Positions 48,558 to 55,512 of a stretch of DNA of 64,000 nt are shown here, piece after piece. The stretch is from a virus. Taxonomy: Duplodnaviria > Heunggongvirae > Uroviricota > Caudoviricetes. The translations under genes were made by a program, and so were the position numbers. The notes beneath the pieces were generated by a model, which worked only from the letters and a program-made list of their open reading frames with translations, was not told the DNA's origin and ran no database searches. Each line of letters opens with the position of its first letter. Positions within the stretch are counted from its first letter, which is position 1. The stretch lies in IMG/VR virus record IMGVR_UViG_3300002054_000021, positions 77,864 through 141,863 of that record. The stretch is one strand, 5' to 3'.

Positions 48558-48680
48558 GACATGTCTCCATTTTCATATAAAGATATAATATCTGAGCAAA
48601 GGGTTCGACTCCCTTATTGGTGAACAATACATGTTAAGTAACTTATTCGACTTAAGGCGAAGTTGTGGAACTGCTCAGTT

Positions 48681-48728
48681 TTTTCGCATCTTCAACCGTG
48701 TCTAGTTTTCGCATCTTCAACCGTGTCT
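48681..48728 (+). repeat. tandem direct repeat 2 x TTTTCGCATCTTCAACCGTGTCT, then T8
   Basis: Two 23-nt units at 48681 and 48706. Confidence 0.65.
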
Positions 48729-48960
48729 GTTTTTTTTGAAAAAAGTGAGGCTCGAACAAGAATACATGAACGAGCCTCTGGCCCGTTTTGAGAAAACGCA
48801 ATTAGGGCCAATAATTTATATAGGGATAATTTTGTGATTTGTCAAGATGGAGCGAGTGACAAGAAAAACTAATGACTAAAAAACCTGCCACTCGCTGTCA
48901 CCATCTGTGCGACACTATATATAACCACAAAAAAAATTTGAAGTCAATGCAAAATAACTG

Positions 48961-48989
48961 TTGACGTATTATTTTATTTTTGTTATGAA
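48961..48989 (+). promoter_or_regulatory. sigma70-like promoter TTGACG-17-TATGAA for infC
   Basis: Lies 47 nt upstream of the IF3 start. Confidence 0.4.
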
Positions 48990-49035
48990 TGAGTCGTTCA
49001 ATAAAGAAAAGGTAAAACATGTTGAAAGTAAAACG

Positions 49036-49518
49036 ATGAGCAAGCCGCTTATTAATGAGATGATTACGGCGCGGGAAGTGTTGTTAATTCAAGAAGATGG
49101 TAAAAGCGATGGGGTGTGCTCTATCTTAGACGCATTAGAATATGCTAAAAGTGTCGAGTTAGATCTTGTTCAAGTGAACAATAACGCAACCCCTACATGC
49201 CGAGTTATGGATTATTCTCGCAAAAGCTTTCAGAAGAAGAAAAACAAAGGTGGTGGCCGCAAAATTAAATTGAAAGAAATTAAACTGCGTCCTAATATCT
49301 CTCAACATGATCTAGACACTAAGTTTAGAAGCATGGATAAGTTTTTCAGTAAGGGAGACCGTGTTAAAATTAGCGTTCAGTTCCGTGGCCGTGAAATATC
49401 TCATATCGAAAAAGGCAATGAGCTTATTGAAAAAATAAAAGAGAGATTCTCTGAAATCAATATTCATGCCGACTCTAAGCGTGATGGAAAAACTATCACA
49501 ATGGTTCTATCTCCATAG
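49036..49518 (+). CDS. infC: translation initiation factor IF-3 homologue
   Basis: INEMITAREV, CRVMDY and IKLKEIKLRP...VQFRGREISH...TITMVLSP align with the N- and C-domains of bacterial IF3. ATG at 49036 is the first in-frame ATG after the promoter. The track's 48961 start includes the promoter. Confidence 0.7.
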   Translation: MSKPLINEMITAREVLLIQEDGKSDGVCSILDALEYAKSVELDLVQVNNNATPTCRVMDYSRKSFQKKKNKGGGRKIKLKEIKLRPNISQHDLDTKFRSMDKFFSKGDRVKISVQFRGREISHIEKGNELIEKIKERFSEINIHADSKRDGKTITMVLSP

Positions 49519-49696
49519 GAAAAATTATGTTTAAGAATTTTATTAAAAGAATAAACACTCCTAAAGATGATTCCTTGGGAATGACTCCATTTTAAGAATT
49601 TCAACTCATGGCGGCTATTGTTATTCCTGCAATTGTTATTATTGTTGTCGGAGTGGCTGTAGTCTGGGCTATAATTGCGGGACTAATATACATTCT

Positions 49697-49972
49697 TTAA
49701 TTAAACGGTGACTCAGGGACGCCTCTTTGAGTCATCGATGCTAACATGCCTTGCATATCTTGAAATATTTTCTTTTCGGATATTATTTCCACCGCATAAG
49801 CGTCAATGAAAGATTCGAATACGGATTGATCGTCAAAATCCCATATCACCTCTTCATCGTTAGACAAGAAGAATGATATTGATTGCTCTACTCCACTAAC
49901 CCTAACATTCTCAACCTTATGGGTTGGCAATAGATCATTGTCATATGGTCTCTCTGGGTGTCTTATAATCAT
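49697..49972 (-). CDS. hypothetical protein (- strand)
   Basis: AGGAGAGGG RBS on the - strand. Has its own promoter. Confidence 0.5.
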   Translation of the reverse strand: MIIRHPERPYDNDLLPTHKVENVRVSGVEQSISFFLSNDEEVIWDFDDQSVFESFIDAYAVEIISEKKIFQDMQGMLASMTQRGVPESPFN

Positions 49973-49990
49973 ATCCCTCTCCTATTATTT

Positions 49991-50019
49991 TTATATATCA
50001 TATTTTTATTGTATTGTCA
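49991..50019 (-). promoter_or_regulatory. sigma70-like promoter (- strand) TTGACA-17-TATATA
   Basis: Divergent from the + strand promoter at 50074. Confidence 0.5.
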
Positions 50020-50073
50020 ATAATTACATATGAAAAAATATTTATCACTTGACAAACTTTTTTATTTTTCTTG

Positions 50074-50102
50074 TTGACTCTGGGTTCTAATGATGTATTT
50101 AG
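50074..50102 (+). promoter_or_regulatory. conserved early-type promoter cassette (TTTATTTTTCTTGTTGACT)
   Basis: First member of the 8-copy cassette class. Confidence 0.5.
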
Positions 50103-50133
50103 GATGAAATTGATATTGAAAAGGTGGATTATT

Positions 50134-50457
50134 ATGAAAGATTTTTATATTGGTACTGTTAATGCTAGTGGCGGTTGGCAAAGGACTTATGGAGTTCATG
50201 CCGAATCTCCAGAGCAAGCTTTAGAATTAATGAAGAATGGAAATTCAACTCACTTTTACGACGATCTTTTAGAGGCGGACTGTCAATATGAAGATTCTAT
50301 GAGCATAGATGATATAGAGCTGGGAGATGAGATTCGCATGGCAGACACTCAAAAAGAAGCTCCGCAAGCAGCTTGGGATACTCTTCGCAAATTCAAAGAT
50401 AAGTGGTATTGCCCTAAAGCAATCCGTAACGCTATAAATCAGATAGCTTACATTTAG
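50134..50457 (+). CDS. hypothetical protein
   Basis: ATG after AAGGTGG. The track's 50071 start lies inside the promoter. Confidence 0.5.
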   Translation: MKDFYIGTVNASGGWQRTYGVHAESPEQALELMKNGNSTHFYDDLLEADCQYEDSMSIDDIELGDEIRMADTQKEAPQAAWDTLRKFKDKWYCPKAIRNAINQIAYI

Positions 50458-50465
50458 GAATAATT

Positions 50466-50597
50466 ATGTCTAATAATATTATTAAAAATCATGTCCCAGA
50501 ATGTCCTGAGTGTGGACAAAACACTAACATTGATTGTGAAAATGGAGGTCAAGAGGTCATTTGTCCTTGTGGTCTTGGGTGGGAAAACGAGGAATAA
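50466..50597 (+). CDS. small zinc-ribbon protein (43 aa)
   Basis: Motif CPECG...CPCG. AGGA RBS. Confidence 0.4.
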   Translation: MSNNIIKNHVPECPECGQNTNIDCENGGQEVICPCGLGWENEE

Positions 50598-50599
50598 TT

Positions 50600-50860
50600 A
50601 TGTCTAGAATTTATGTATATGTTACAGACACTGATGACGGCGTTGATATTAATCACTATCTTTCCAAAGATGAGTACTTAAAGCAGGTCAAAGCAGATTT
50701 AACTGAGGTCTGGAGTGTTGACAATCTTGGCGATATGCCTGAAGATTTATCAGCGGCATATGAAATTTATTCTGAAGATAGAAATAATGGAGACCTTGAC
50801 AATCCTTATTTTTGGTTTGAACATATTATTGAATTAGACGCTGGGATGCTAGAGGATTAA
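50600..50860 (+). CDS. hypothetical acidic protein
   Basis: ATG after GAGGAA. Confidence 0.5.
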   Translation: MSRIYVYVTDTDDGVDINHYLSKDEYLKQVKADLTEVWSVDNLGDMPEDLSAAYEIYSEDRNNGDLDNPYFWFEHIIELDAGMLED

Positions 50861-50864
50861 TAAT

Positions 50865-51074
50865 ATGCCAGATGACAAAAAAGACGAATTCAAGTTCAAA
50901 AAAGACGAACACGGATTAACCAAGATAGAATCAGCTCAGGCTGTTGTTGAAGAGGTTTGCCGCAAAGTTAAAGCAGGTGAGTATAAGCGCGATTCTGTAT
51001 TGCGCGAAATGTTTGTTGCTATTGACTTGCTAGACGAAGCCTGTCAGGAAATAGAAGAAAGTGAGGAAAAATGA
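50865..51074 (+). CDS. hypothetical protein
   Basis: 69-aa ORF. Confidence 0.45.
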   Translation: MPDDKKDEFKFKKDEHGLTKIESAQAVVEEVCRKVKAGEYKRDSVLREMFVAIDLLDEACQEIEESEEK

Positions 51075-51160
51075 GAATATTTTGGGGGTTTGTAACCCTA
51101 ATGGTTTTAGGTGTAATTAGCTTAATCGTGCCAGATAGAAATTAATTTTATTTTTTACTG

Positions 51161-51189
51161 TTGACTCTTTTGTTTTTCACATGTAGGCA
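51161..51189 (+). promoter_or_regulatory. conserved early-type promoter cassette
   Basis: Sequence TTTTATTTTTTACTGTTGACTC. Confidence 0.5.
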
Positions 51190-51217
51190 AATCCTGCATT
51201 TAAGAAAGGAATCAACT

Positions 51218-51580
51218 ATGCAAATGTATTCATTCCCCGAAGAGGTAGATTATGAACCCGAATATACAGGGTCTTTTGATGAATGGCAAAAGAGAGAGGA
51301 AGATCCCAAAGCTAGGCTAATTAAATGGCTTAAAGAAAATGATTTTAATGGCCCTAACACTGGTAAGATATATTATACTCCAAGAGGCGATGGGTCAGCT
51401 ATGTATATGATAGCTCATGCGACTCATGGCTCTGGCAGGAAATCTGGATTAATGCATTTGCCTTATGGTGATGCGTGGGATTGTCCTAATATTCAATATA
51501 TCCCGCAAAAGGTTATATTTGAATCTGTCAATCAGCCAAGTATTGCAGACATGCTTGCAAAGCATAAAGAAAGCACATAG
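51218..51580 (+). CDS. hypothetical protein
   Basis: ATG after AAAGGA. Confidence 0.5.
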   Translation: MQMYSFPEEVDYEPEYTGSFDEWQKREEDPKARLIKWLKENDFNGPNTGKIYYTPRGDGSAMYMIAHATHGSGRKSGLMHLPYGDAWDCPNIQYIPQKVIFESVNQPSIADMLAKHKEST

Positions 51581-51627
51581 AATTTCTTGCGGGTAGTTTT
51601 CAAACTTTCCAGTACCGCAAGCGATAG

Positions 51628-51660
51628 CGGCTCCGTAATGATGCGGGGCCGTTTTCTTTT
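51628..51660 (+). terminator. rho-independent terminator
   Basis: CGGCTCCG-8nt-CGGGGCCG hairpin followed by TTTTCTTTT. Confidence 0.5.
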
Positions 51661-51688
51661 GTCTTAATGATATTTTTTATTTTTCTTG

Positions 51689-51717
51689 TTGACTCTATAT
51701 TTAATTCATGGTTTAAC
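51689..51717 (+). promoter_or_regulatory. conserved early-type promoter cassette plus CAACAAAACAAAAGGA leader
   Basis: Directly follows the terminator at 51628. Confidence 0.5.
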
Positions 51718-51743
51718 AAGGTAACAAAACAAAAGGAATTGAT

Positions 51744-52547
51744 ATGTCAGTATTAAACGGAATTCGTGAACGGGCTATAGAGCGCTTTAATAATGGTGAG
51801 CGCAACAAAGTCTTAACGTCACAAAATGCTAAGATTATGAAAAGTGAGAAGCTTGGATATCTTACAACTGGCATTCATTTGTCACCCGCAAAATTGGTTA
51901 GCAAGAAAACTTTATGTCCGCATGCGTCAAAAGGTTGTGAGGCGGCTTGCTTGAATCAGGCAGGTCAAGCGCAATTACACTTTGTACGCAAAACGGGCAG
52001 ATTTACAGGCTTGAATATTCCACAAGAGAGTCGCGCCCTTCGCACGATATGGTATGAATTAGACCGCCCTTCATTCATGGCTCAATTACGCAAAGAATTA
52101 AAAGCGTTTGTAAAAAAAGCGGAACGTGAAGGCCTTAACCCCGTTGCAAGACTCAACCTTACATCGGATATTGCTTGGCACAGAACGGGCATTATGCAAG
52201 AGTTTCCAATGATTCAGTGGATGGACTATACAGCAAATCTCTATAATGACAAATTGCCAGAAAACTATCATCTTACATTCTCTAAAAAAGAGGATAATGA
52301 TTTACGTGTTCAAGAGGCAATAAATCGCGGAATGAATGTAGCTATCGTATTTGCAGATATGCCAGATACTTATATGGGACTCCCTGTAATTGATGGAGAC
52401 AATGACGATTTGAGATTCTTGGATAATAACGGCGAACAATGTATAGTAGGACTAAAAGCAAAAGGCCCCGCTAGAAAAGATAATAGTGGATTCGTTGTTC
52501 AAGATAATAAAAAGACTTACACACTTATTGATAAATTAGCGGCGTAA
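51744..52547 (+). CDS. hypothetical Cys-containing protein
   Basis: 267-aa ORF with motif CPHASKGCEAAC. Confidence 0.5.
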   Translation: MSVLNGIRERAIERFNNGERNKVLTSQNAKIMKSEKLGYLTTGIHLSPAKLVSKKTLCPHASKGCEAACLNQAGQAQLHFVRKTGRFTGLNIPQESRALRTIWYELDRPSFMAQLRKELKAFVKKAEREGLNPVARLNLTSDIAWHRTGIMQEFPMIQWMDYTANLYNDKLPENYHLTFSKKEDNDLRVQEAINRGMNVAIVFADMPDTYMGLPVIDGDNDDLRFLDNNGEQCIVGLKAKGPARKDNSGFVVQDNKKTYTLIDKLAA

Positions 52548-52650
52548 ATTAACGCCCTTAATATCCTCAGTGATTAAAACACCATCCTTTAAATGTTTCT
52601 TTATAGCCTGCCTTGATATATTGAAGTGTTTAGAGGCTTGGTGCCAGTTA

Positions 52651-53253
52651 TTAAAAAAACATACCGTTTATTTTTATTTGCTCATGATCTTCACATCTGT
52701 AATAATCTTTATTTGAAACAGAATATATTCTGGAAGTCAATGTAGCAATATTAATACCTTCTGCTTCTGCTGCAAGTCTTATTGTTTTGAATTTTCCATA
52801 GGGAGTTATGACAGGGTTTCTGTTCTGCTTAGATCTTCTCCCTTTTTTAGATACTCCAGTCATCCACCTGTTAATCGTCCCTTTAGATAAACCTAAATCC
52901 TTAGCTGCGGCTTTCTGTGATATATATGTGACTCCGTTTATAGTACATTCTTTATTGGTGCCGCTTAATTCTGGAGTTAAGCAACCTTTACCACCGCAAA
53001 CTTTATTATAACAGTCCTCTTGATTAACAACATTTTGAGTTACGATCTTGGACTCATATTTATAGGCGTCGTCAGCATTATCAAACTCAGATAATATTTT
53101 CATATGAAAATTTTCTTTACCGTATTCTTTTAATGCTTTTTTGAAATCTTTACCACTACCCAGATACGTGCACGGAGAGCAGTTACAAGAATGCTTTCCA
53201 ATATAGTATTTACCATTGACAAGGTTAGTAGTTTTATAGACAATATGTTTCAT
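52651..53253 (-). CDS. GIY-YIG homing endonuclease with IENR/NUMOD-type C-terminal DNA-binding helices
   Basis: N-terminus KTTNLVNGKYYIGKHS...YLGSG. GGGGAA RBS. Paralogue of the gene at 63181. Confidence 0.65.
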   Translation of the reverse strand: MKHIVYKTTNLVNGKYYIGKHSCNCSPCTYLGSGKDFKKALKEYGKENFHMKILSEFDNADDAYKYESKIVTQNVVNQEDCYNKVCGGKGCLTPELSGTNKECTINGVTYISQKAAAKDLGLSKGTINRWMTGVSKKGRRSKQNRNPVITPYGKFKTIRLAAEAEGINIATLTSRIYSVSNKDYYRCEDHEQIKINGMFF

Positions 53254-53377
53254 GCTGAATTCCCCAACGAATTTAGATTTGGCGGAGTCTGATCACTCGC
53301 GGCCAATATTTTTATATATGAAATAATTATACCATATAGAACGCTATAAATCAACTGAAAATAATTTATTTTTCCTG

Positions 53378-53406
53378 TTGACATAGCCAATTCATTGTCG
53401 TAAAAA
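53378..53406 (+). promoter_or_regulatory. conserved early-type promoter cassette plus CAACAAAACGAAAAGGA leader
   Basis: -35 element TTGACA at 53378. Confidence 0.5.
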
Positions 53407-53434
53407 GAATCAACAAAACGAAAAGGAACACATC

Positions 53435-53956
53435 ATGGGTCAGTATTACTCTCCAGTTATCTTAAGCGATAATAAAAAAGAAGTCTTAAAGACAATTTAT
53501 TCACATGACTTTGGCAACGGGTTAAAGTTGATGGAGCATTCATATCTTGAAAATGAATTTGTCGCCACATTTGAAAGTGAAATTATTGATAGCCCAAAGC
53601 GTATAGTTTGGGCGGGTGATTACGCCGATGAAGAGAATGGTGAGGATTATAATCTTTATAATCTTGCGGATGACGCGCCTAAACTTACAAAGCTTAATAC
53701 ATCTTCTATGGAGACTAACTTTCTCATTAACCACGACAAAAAATTATATGTTGATAAAGCAAAAATTAAGGTTGGTATGTTTGACCTTAGAATCCACCCT
53801 TTGCCATTATTAACTTGTGAGGGCAATGGTCGCGGTGGTGGTGATTATCGCGGTGACAGTGATTTAGTCGGCACATGGGCGCGTGACAATATTAGTTGCT
53901 CAAAAGAAAAACCAGAAGGCTTTGAAGAGTTAATCTTTGATTTAGTCGAGGAATAG
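53435..53956 (+). CDS. hypothetical protein
   Basis: 173-aa ORF. Confidence 0.5.
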   Translation: MGQYYSPVILSDNKKEVLKTIYSHDFGNGLKLMEHSYLENEFVATFESEIIDSPKRIVWAGDYADEENGEDYNLYNLADDAPKLTKLNTSSMETNFLINHDKKLYVDKAKIKVGMFDLRIHPLPLLTCEGNGRGGGDYRGDSDLVGTWARDNISCSKEKPEGFEELIFDLVEE

Positions 53957-53957
53957 C

Positions 53958-54401
53958 ATGATAGATTTTTCTGAAAACGAAAAAATTATAATCAGTAAGT
54001 TTGACAATCTTTTAGAATATCAGAAAAAAAGACTTGCAATTATTCTTATAGGAGACACCTTAAACGGGTTGGCACTTAGTGATATTGGAAAACATTTTAT
54101 TGAGAAGCATCAAGATCAAGTCGCTCAAGAGCACTCTGTTACTTGCTCAATTCATAATGAACGCAGAAATAGTGACGGCACTTGTGATAGCTGTGAGTTT
54201 AATGAAAAGTGGGAAGGCCCTACGGATCATAATGGCGAACCCATTTTATTTCTAAATCATTATACGTGTCCGACATGTAAACATAAATGGGAAGATGAAT
54301 ACTCTTGCCAAGTTGATGGTGAATGTCCACAATGTAGCGCGGGGCCTATTGAACCCCATACGTCAGAAGATATAAACCAAGAGTTTTTACCAAAGGATTA
54401 A
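53958..54401 (+). CDS. hypothetical Cys-rich protein
   Basis: Motifs CPTC and CPQC. Confidence 0.45.
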   Translation: MIDFSENEKIIISKFDNLLEYQKKRLAIILIGDTLNGLALSDIGKHFIEKHQDQVAQEHSVTCSIHNERRNSDGTCDSCEFNEKWEGPTDHNGEPILFLNHYTCPTCKHKWEDEYSCQVDGECPQCSAGPIEPHTSEDINQEFLPKD

Positions 54402-54403
54402 AA

Positions 54404-54607
54404 ATGAGTGAGCATTCAAGAAGACAAGTCAGTGATAAAATAAATTGGAAGCTTCTCAGAGAGCAAAAGGACTGGCTACTTTCTCAGACTGATGAGCCAG
54501 ACTTGACAATGGCTACAGGTCTTATTGGTTTAATTGATGAAATTCAAGATATAGCTGTTGACTATGAGGGAATACCAAGTGAAACTGTTTTTGGTTTTGC
54601 TAAATAA
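54404..54607 (+). CDS. hypothetical protein
   Basis: 67-aa ORF. Confidence 0.4.
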   Translation: MSEHSRRQVSDKINWKLLREQKDWLLSQTDEPDLTMATGLIGLIDEIQDIAVDYEGIPSETVFGFAK

Positions 54608-54796
54608 AATATGGAGAGTAAATCTGCATGCCTGTCACCTACGTTTCGTGGTAAGAGACATAGGACTAGTCTGGGTGACTATGGGCAGAAGTTGGTATGA
54701 TTTGTTGTTATCTAGCTATGGTGCACAAGTAGCTTTTTAATTCCGTTGGTTCAAATCCTTCACTCTCTACCAAAATTTTTATATAAGGAATAAATT

Positions 54797-55057
54797 ATGA
54801 AAGTCTCAGAACTAATAAAAAAATTGAGTGGTCTTGATGGAGACCTTCCAGTTATAATGTCGAGAGACCCAGAGGGCAATGGATTCTCAAAACTTGCAAG
54901 TGACGGCATTACTGTTTACATGGCGGATGTGACTGATAACTTTATTGATGAAGTTAAAATATGTGAGATAACGGATCAACATAGAAAAATTGGTTACACT
55001 GATGAAGATGTGGGAGACCCAGAGACTATGACAAAATGTCTAGTACTTTGGCCATAA
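54797..55057 (+). CDS. hypothetical protein
   Basis: 86-aa ORF. Confidence 0.45.
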   Translation: MKVSELIKKLSGLDGDLPVIMSRDPEGNGFSKLASDGITVYMADVTDNFIDEVKICEITDQHRKIGYTDEDVGDPETMTKCLVLWP

Positions 55058-55092
55058 TTTTCGCATCTTTATATATGCATGATTCGCATCTT
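55058..55092 (+). repeat. two TTTTCGCATCTT-type motif copies (55058-55069, 55082-55092)
   Basis: Upstream of AGGAG and the ATG at 55106. Confidence 0.6.
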
Positions 55093-55105
55093 TAGGAGAC
55101 GTATA

Positions 55106-55348
55106 ATGAACGCCTTTAAAAAACTTATAGATAAAAATTTAACAATAACAAAGCGTGAAAACTTTGAAAAAATGGTGGAGTTCGCCGTACATGAGAAGCA
55201 ATTATCTGAAATTAAAGGCGACTACGTACTGCACAATGTGTTCCTTGTTAGTGAAGATCAGTATATTTATATAAGCGATTCTTTAAGCCATCTTTTAACG
55301 TTTGCTGATTTAACTTATGATGAAAACGGTATACACATAGGAGAGTGA
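55106..55348 (+). CDS. hypothetical protein
   Basis: ATG after AGGAGAC. The track's 55079 start would translate the motif repeat. Confidence 0.5.
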   Translation: MNAFKKLIDKNLTITKRENFEKMVEFAVHEKQLSEIKGDYVLHNVFLVSEDQYIYISDSLSHLLTFADLTYDENGIHIGE

Positions 55349-55350
55349 AT

Positions 55351-55440
55351 ATGAGAATTTTAATGTTTGGAATTTTATATATGATGATCAATGTGGGAAA
55401 ATTTGTTGCTTTTGCAGCGCTAATGATGGGTGGTGAATAA
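55351..55440 (+). CDS. 29-aa hydrophobic peptide
   Basis: GGAGAG RBS. Confidence 0.3.
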   Translation: MRILMFGILYMMINVGKFVAFAALMMGGE

Positions 55441-55454
55441 ATTTTATTTTGTTG

Positions 55455-55483
55455 TTGACATTAAATAATCAATAGCGTAATAC
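55455..55483 (+). promoter_or_regulatory. conserved early-type promoter cassette plus AACAAAACAAAAAGGA leader
   Basis: -35 element TTGACA at 55455. Confidence 0.5.
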
Positions 55484-55512
55484 AGTCCTAACAAAACAAA
55501 AAGGATTGCACT

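Noticed and set aside
48586-48610. Perfect tRNA T-arm-like sequence AAGGGTTCGACTCCCTT
   Set aside because: No complementary acceptor strand, D-arm or anticodon arm upstream. Possibly a 3' tRNA remnant or chance. Not callable as a gene.
48961-49035. N-terminal 25-codon extension of the IF3 ORF in the track (start 48961)
   Set aside because: That span contains the TTGACG -35 and -10 of the gene's own promoter. IF3 homology begins after the ATG at 49036.
55079-55105. Track start at 55079 for the 55079-55348 ORF
   Set aside because: It would translate the ATTCGCATCTT repeat itself. AGGAG plus the ATG at 55106 is the more plausible start.
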